This document shows positions 22,954 through 26,754 of a stretch of 26,754 nt of DNA, piece by piece (position 1 is the first letter of the stretch; each line of letters opens with the position of its first letter). The position numbers and the translations under genes are program-made. Source of the stretch: Spizellomyces punctatus DAOM BR117. Its lineage: Eukaryota. The stretch lies in the NCBI GenBank assembly GCA_000182565.2, contig KQ257456.1. The stretch is one strand, 5' to 3'. The notes beneath the pieces were generated by a model, which was given only the letters and a program-made list of their open reading frames with translations, ran no database searches and had not been told where the DNA came from.

Positions 22954-24189
22954 GGTGAGACTGGTGATTGTCGTCTATGAGAAATGTAAAAGGACTTGTA
23001 AGAGATCAAACGGGAATATGTTGGAACTTGGGCGATAGGGTTCGTCGGCTTGATGCTGACCGTTTATTTATGAGATGAGTAAAATCGGCCATAGTGTTCG
23101 GAGGAGCCAAGACTTGGTTAGCGCCGAGCCCCAAGGAAGGCTGTGTTCATTTCTCTATTTATTTCTTTTTTTCTGCTTCAAATTGTCAGTGCTTTGGCGG
23201 TCCCTCCAGCACGACCATGCTGCCAAATGTGCTTAAGCAAGTAAATGGTGATTCACGGTTTGGTCGACAATGACTAAGCAAGCAGCAAAAAATTAACAAA
23301 AGTACAAAGATATTTGCATGCACGCTCTCCAGTCCAAACCTTCTCGTTTTCCTTGCTGTCTTGTGAAGTTCAGACATTCCAAAAACCTTCCTACTTCATT
23401 TACAAGTACGATTCTTGGCATTATCCGTGGCAGTGCCTACAAAGCCAAGACAGCGCGCAAGACTGACAATGCATAAAAAACGGAAGAAGAAAAAGGAACG
23501 CGCCCTAAAAACTTTTAGTGAGTCATTTAATTCCATGCTCTGGGCGGGAGTTTGATAATCGTGGCAAAATGGAAACTATGCCAGTCAACAACCTTCGAAA
23601 ACACACTCCAGAGCTACCTAACTAGAACTATTTGTTTTAGATATTTTCATCTGGGTATAGCGATGACTGAGAATTCACTAAGAAGCCTTGTGGTGTGCAT
23701 GCCCGTAGTGTTTGAGAGAATCGGGCATTGATAGCAGCTGCCGTCCCATCGGTATCATCTTCCGGCCATTAATACCTCTCCACTCTGGCAGTGTTTTTGT
23801 ATAGCCAATCCATCGCACAGCAGCTCCTGCAAAGAGTACAAGGCGTGATAAGTAGGAAACGAGATTGGCAGCATTTAAAAAAGATCTGTGATATGTAAGC
23901 TATGGGCTTGAAAAAGTGCAAGAGTATTCCATGTCTTTCCAGGGCGTGACGGTTGTAGTAGGGGGTTTTCGCCTTCTATCTAGTACACAGAGAGGGTGGA
24001 TTTTCACATATGCAGTTGTTATTAACGGTCCGTATATACATGGATTTACAATTTCATCTCTATGGTACAGCTATCGTGTATACAATGTATAACCCTCCAG
24101 TTCCTCTATGATGAGGTAGTGATGTTCGCACCACGCTCTCCGTAACATCGGGTACCTTCTCTTCCACGCTGAATCGGGGTTTGTGCATA

Positions 24190-24783
24190 TTAAGCGTCGG
24201 CAGCAGCCTTGCCCTTCGCAGCTTTCTTGGCACCAGCCTTGCCCTTCTTGGCAGCAGCCTTACCCTTCTTTGCCGCCGCCTTCTTGGCAGCAGCCTTAGC
24301 CTTATTCGCAGCTGCCTTCTTTGCACCCTTCTTCGCACCCTTCTTGGCACCCTTTTTGGCAGCCTTTTTCGCAGCCTTTTTGGCACCCTTCTTTGCAGCC
24401 TTCTTTGCAGCCTTCTTGGCAGCCGCATCCTCTACATCGCCAGCAGCGGCCGCGACTTCTGTCCCATTGTTGGCAGCTCCCGCATTAGGATCAAGAACCG
24501 CGACAGCGTTAGGATCGGCAGGAGCAGTCGCATTGTCTGCAGTGTTCGGATCGACCAAGGCTGCGGCGAGTCCAGCGCAGTCTCCACCAGTTGCACCGTT
24601 ATTGCAGTCAGCCTGAGCCAGGCCCTTGCCCTTACCCTTACCCTTACCGGCGTGTGGGGCTATAAACAGCAACAGCATATCAGTCCAAACAAGTCACGCG
24701 CGGCAAACAACAAAGATCCCCAACTTACAGGCAAGGGCAACTGCGGCGAGGACAGCAACAGTGAAGAATGAGAGCTTGACCAT
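24190..24783 (-). CDS. Small secreted Lys/Ala-rich repeat protein (174 aa; exons 24783-24729 and 24659-24190)
   Basis: MVKLSFFTVAVLAAVALA-S|PHAGKGKGKGKG... forms a classic signal peptide across a phase-1 intron (GTAAGT...CTGAT...TAG). It is followed by a two-Cys segment, three DPN units and about 75 aa of AAKK/GAKK repeats. TATAAAAA lies upstream on the minus strand (~24875-24882). Confidence 0.85.
24205..24425. repeat. Degenerate 12-nt coding tandem repeat (GCAGCCTTCTTK / GCACCCTTCTTN on +) encoding AAKK/GAKK
   Basis: Visible 12-nt periodicity at 24310-24425, decaying into 15-nt variants toward 24205. Differences between units are mostly at third codon positions of the minus-strand frame. 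Confidence 0.9.
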
Positions 24784-26384
24784 GATTGAATTTGCGTTGT
24801 AGTTTTTGTTTTGGGAATACGATGTTAAGGTCAGAAGTTTAGATCTGGGATCGGGATCTCATATTCCGTAGCTTCTTTTATAACCCAAGCCCAAGGGAAG
24901 TCAAGCGCAAAAGCCAACTGGACCCTAATGAAACAAAACCGCGATCTAATTGATTATTTAAATGTTCCACTAGCATCAAAACTATTCGATATCTCACCAT
25001 AACTCTTTTGTTTCAGGGGCTCCCGGAACACTATTGGGTACGTCAATGTGGTACCTATGCGGATCATCAACCGAAACAACCCCTGTGTTTGCATGTTTGC
25101 ACCCTTGACTTGCCTCCCTCCGTTTCCGCAACTATCGGAACCTTTGAATATTGAATTTCGATTATTTCTTGTTACCCCTACCGAACATATCCGTTATTAC
25201 GGGGTGCACCTGTGCTCACCAAACTTGTTTCGTCGCCGCTCAACATAAGGACAAAATTACGCCGAGGACCCCTATAATATGCAACGAAGGGCGATTCATC
25301 AGATGCTGCATTTGCGCCGCACTTAGACGGATAGTGCACGTTGCGTCTGCTGTGTCATTTTGTGTAGACATTCGTATTTCCAATGCCTTTCATGAAAGGC
25401 ATTCATCCCATAATTCTAGGATTACAAGTTGGAAATTCACAGATGAGAAGCGGATGCATTCAGCTTTTCTGAGGTACAATTGACACCTGGTGTGTAAAAT
25501 ATTTTTGGATGAGCAGTCACCAACTAGAAATATTGTCAGGTGTGACGAGGATAAGAATTAGTGGATTGGTGGGTCTCTGTAAGGTCCCTCGTCGCCGGGT
25601 GTGTATGGTACCCCTATGATGAACCATCATACGTTACAATGCGGCAATGGTTTACGGGGAGTGTCATTGGATCCTCAGGTTGACAAGAAATAAAAACAAG
25701 ATCAAACGTGGCGATCCGCTGGTGTCCATTAATCAGCAATTGTGTAATCAAAGTTACACGCTCCTACACCGTTAAAATCACAATATGTAGGTTATAGTGC
25801 ATTAACTCAATCAAGTGCACTCAGTCATTGCCCACATCTTCACGTTAACAGCATGGTTGCAATCTCGGTGTTTAACAGTGTACAGTACAGTGTACCGTGT
25901 ACGAGTGATACACGGGATCTAGCATTTGTGTGAAGTGGGTGCACCCGCCAGCACTTTGATACGCATCTACTCTCCCACAAGAACCGTCTCACAGCAAACA
26001 GCTCGTTTTGCTCCTTTCTCCTCCGATGACTGCACGAGGCTCAACCAATAATGGACCAAGAAAGACACAGAAGCGGAACCTAGTGCATAAGACCAAAGGG
26101 AAGGAGCCACTAAAGAAGGGAAAGGAACGTTTCCAGGTATGAAGTTTTGTACGCGAGGGCAATATGCATAGAACTCAACTTCATGATGTTTCTTTTGGCT
26201 CTGGTAGGGTCGGGTCGAAATTACCGGCAATGTCGCTTACTTACTACTGGACCAAGCGCCAGGTGAAACGACTCAGTCTTGGGACAAGTAAGGCTACCAG
26301 GCTTTAATAGGTTTACCTTGCTCTAGAAATGAGAGAGTGGCGGATGCGTGATCATCGCAGGGAGAAGATGCACAAGACTTTTGC

Positions 26385-26754
26385 AAAGATCAATATAAAG
26401 GTATGATAATTTGGATTCAAAGTTGGATAAATTTTTATATATTGCAAGTATGTCATCCTTATTGGTAATTTTTCTATAGTAGTAGTATCTGATATAAATA
26501 ATACTTCATATATAAATTGTTTGAGGTTACAATTATTAGCATTATTGGTCTATCAACTAGATGTAGGTTATATTTAAACCTATCCAAGGGCTGGATGGGT
26601 CACCCAGAATTGGGTAACCTGTGGAGAAATTGGTAAACTCAGTGGACTCTAAATCCACCGTAGAAATACTTGTGGGTTCAAGTCCCACTGTAGGAACGAC
26701 TCTGATAAACCGGTTCGCTTAAAAAAGCATCAGATGACCTTGATTGAGGTTTCC
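26385..26754. other. Probable mitochondrial-derived segment (NUMT or co-assembled mtDNA); continues past the window end
   Basis: Abrupt shift to strongly AT-rich sequence at ~26385-26580, then an organellar-type tRNA with short GC-stemmed hairpins on both sides. The left boundary is approximate. Confidence 0.65.
26615..26696 (+). tRNA. trnL(CUA): Organellar-type tRNA-Leu-like gene with CUA anticodon (reads UAG); acceptor stem mispaired, so probably editing-dependent or a pseudogene copy
   Basis: D arm GAG-AAATTGGTAAA-CTC (26624-26640); anticodon arm GTGGA-CT CTA AA-TCCAC (26642-26658, CTA at 26649-26651); long variable arm GTA-GAAA-TAC; T arm GTGGG-TTCAAGT-CCCAC (26672-26688); 3' strand TGTAGGA plus discriminator A. 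The type-II architecture, A73 and GAAATTGGTAAAC D loop are bacterial/mitochondrial Leu features. Confidence 0.85.

Noticed and set aside
24108-24172. ATGATGA...CTGA spacing suggestive of a C/D box snoRNA
   Set aside because: Weak terminal stem, no rRNA-complementary guide that I can recognise, and it lies antisense to the 3' UTR of the Lys/Ala-rich gene.
24060-24771. Long alternative-frame and antisense ORFs (Leu/Ser-rich 196 aa, Phe/Ala-rich 135 aa, Arg-rich 122 aa)
   Set aside because: These are shadows of the stop-poor 12-nt repeat. Synonymous variation, the intron and the signal peptide all support the AAKK frame.
18939-25896. 11-nt inverted match GGTACACTGTA / TACAGTGTACC resembling Tc1/mariner ends
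   Set aside because: The left copy overlaps an ABCA splice acceptor and exon, there is no transposase between the copies, and a match this short is expected by chance.
25967-26230. 87-aa minus-strand ORF near the AT-rich segment
   Set aside because: TTG start, no recognisable domain and no supporting splice pattern.

Overview
Eukaryotic nuclear DNA from an intron-rich fungus, with short GT-AG introns and CTRAC/CTAAT-type branch sites. A chytrid is the most likely source; this is an inference, mainly from the organellar-type CUA tRNA. From left to right the window holds: the 5' part of a PMCA/Pmc1-type Ca2+ P-type ATPase (-), a 4-exon 7TM GPCR-like gene (-), a lone intron-containing histone H4, tRNA-Arg(ACG), a 6-exon O-GlcNAc transferase (GT41, ~1602 aa), a phi-class glutathione S-transferase, a second intronless 7TM protein, a full-length ABCA transporter (-) and a small secreted Lys/Ala-rich protein (-). 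Three observations stand out. (1) The ABCA C-terminus continues into a tandem YccF/DUF307-like membrane module. (2) The last ~370 nt turn AT-rich and contain an organellar-type tRNA-Leu with a CUA (UAG-reading) anticodon, a mispaired acceptor stem and flanking double hairpins, probably a nuclear copy of chytrid mitochondrial DNA. (3) A signal-peptide protein carries a histone-H1-like (AAKK/GAKK)n tail. Exon boundaries were read by eye and no database searches were run.
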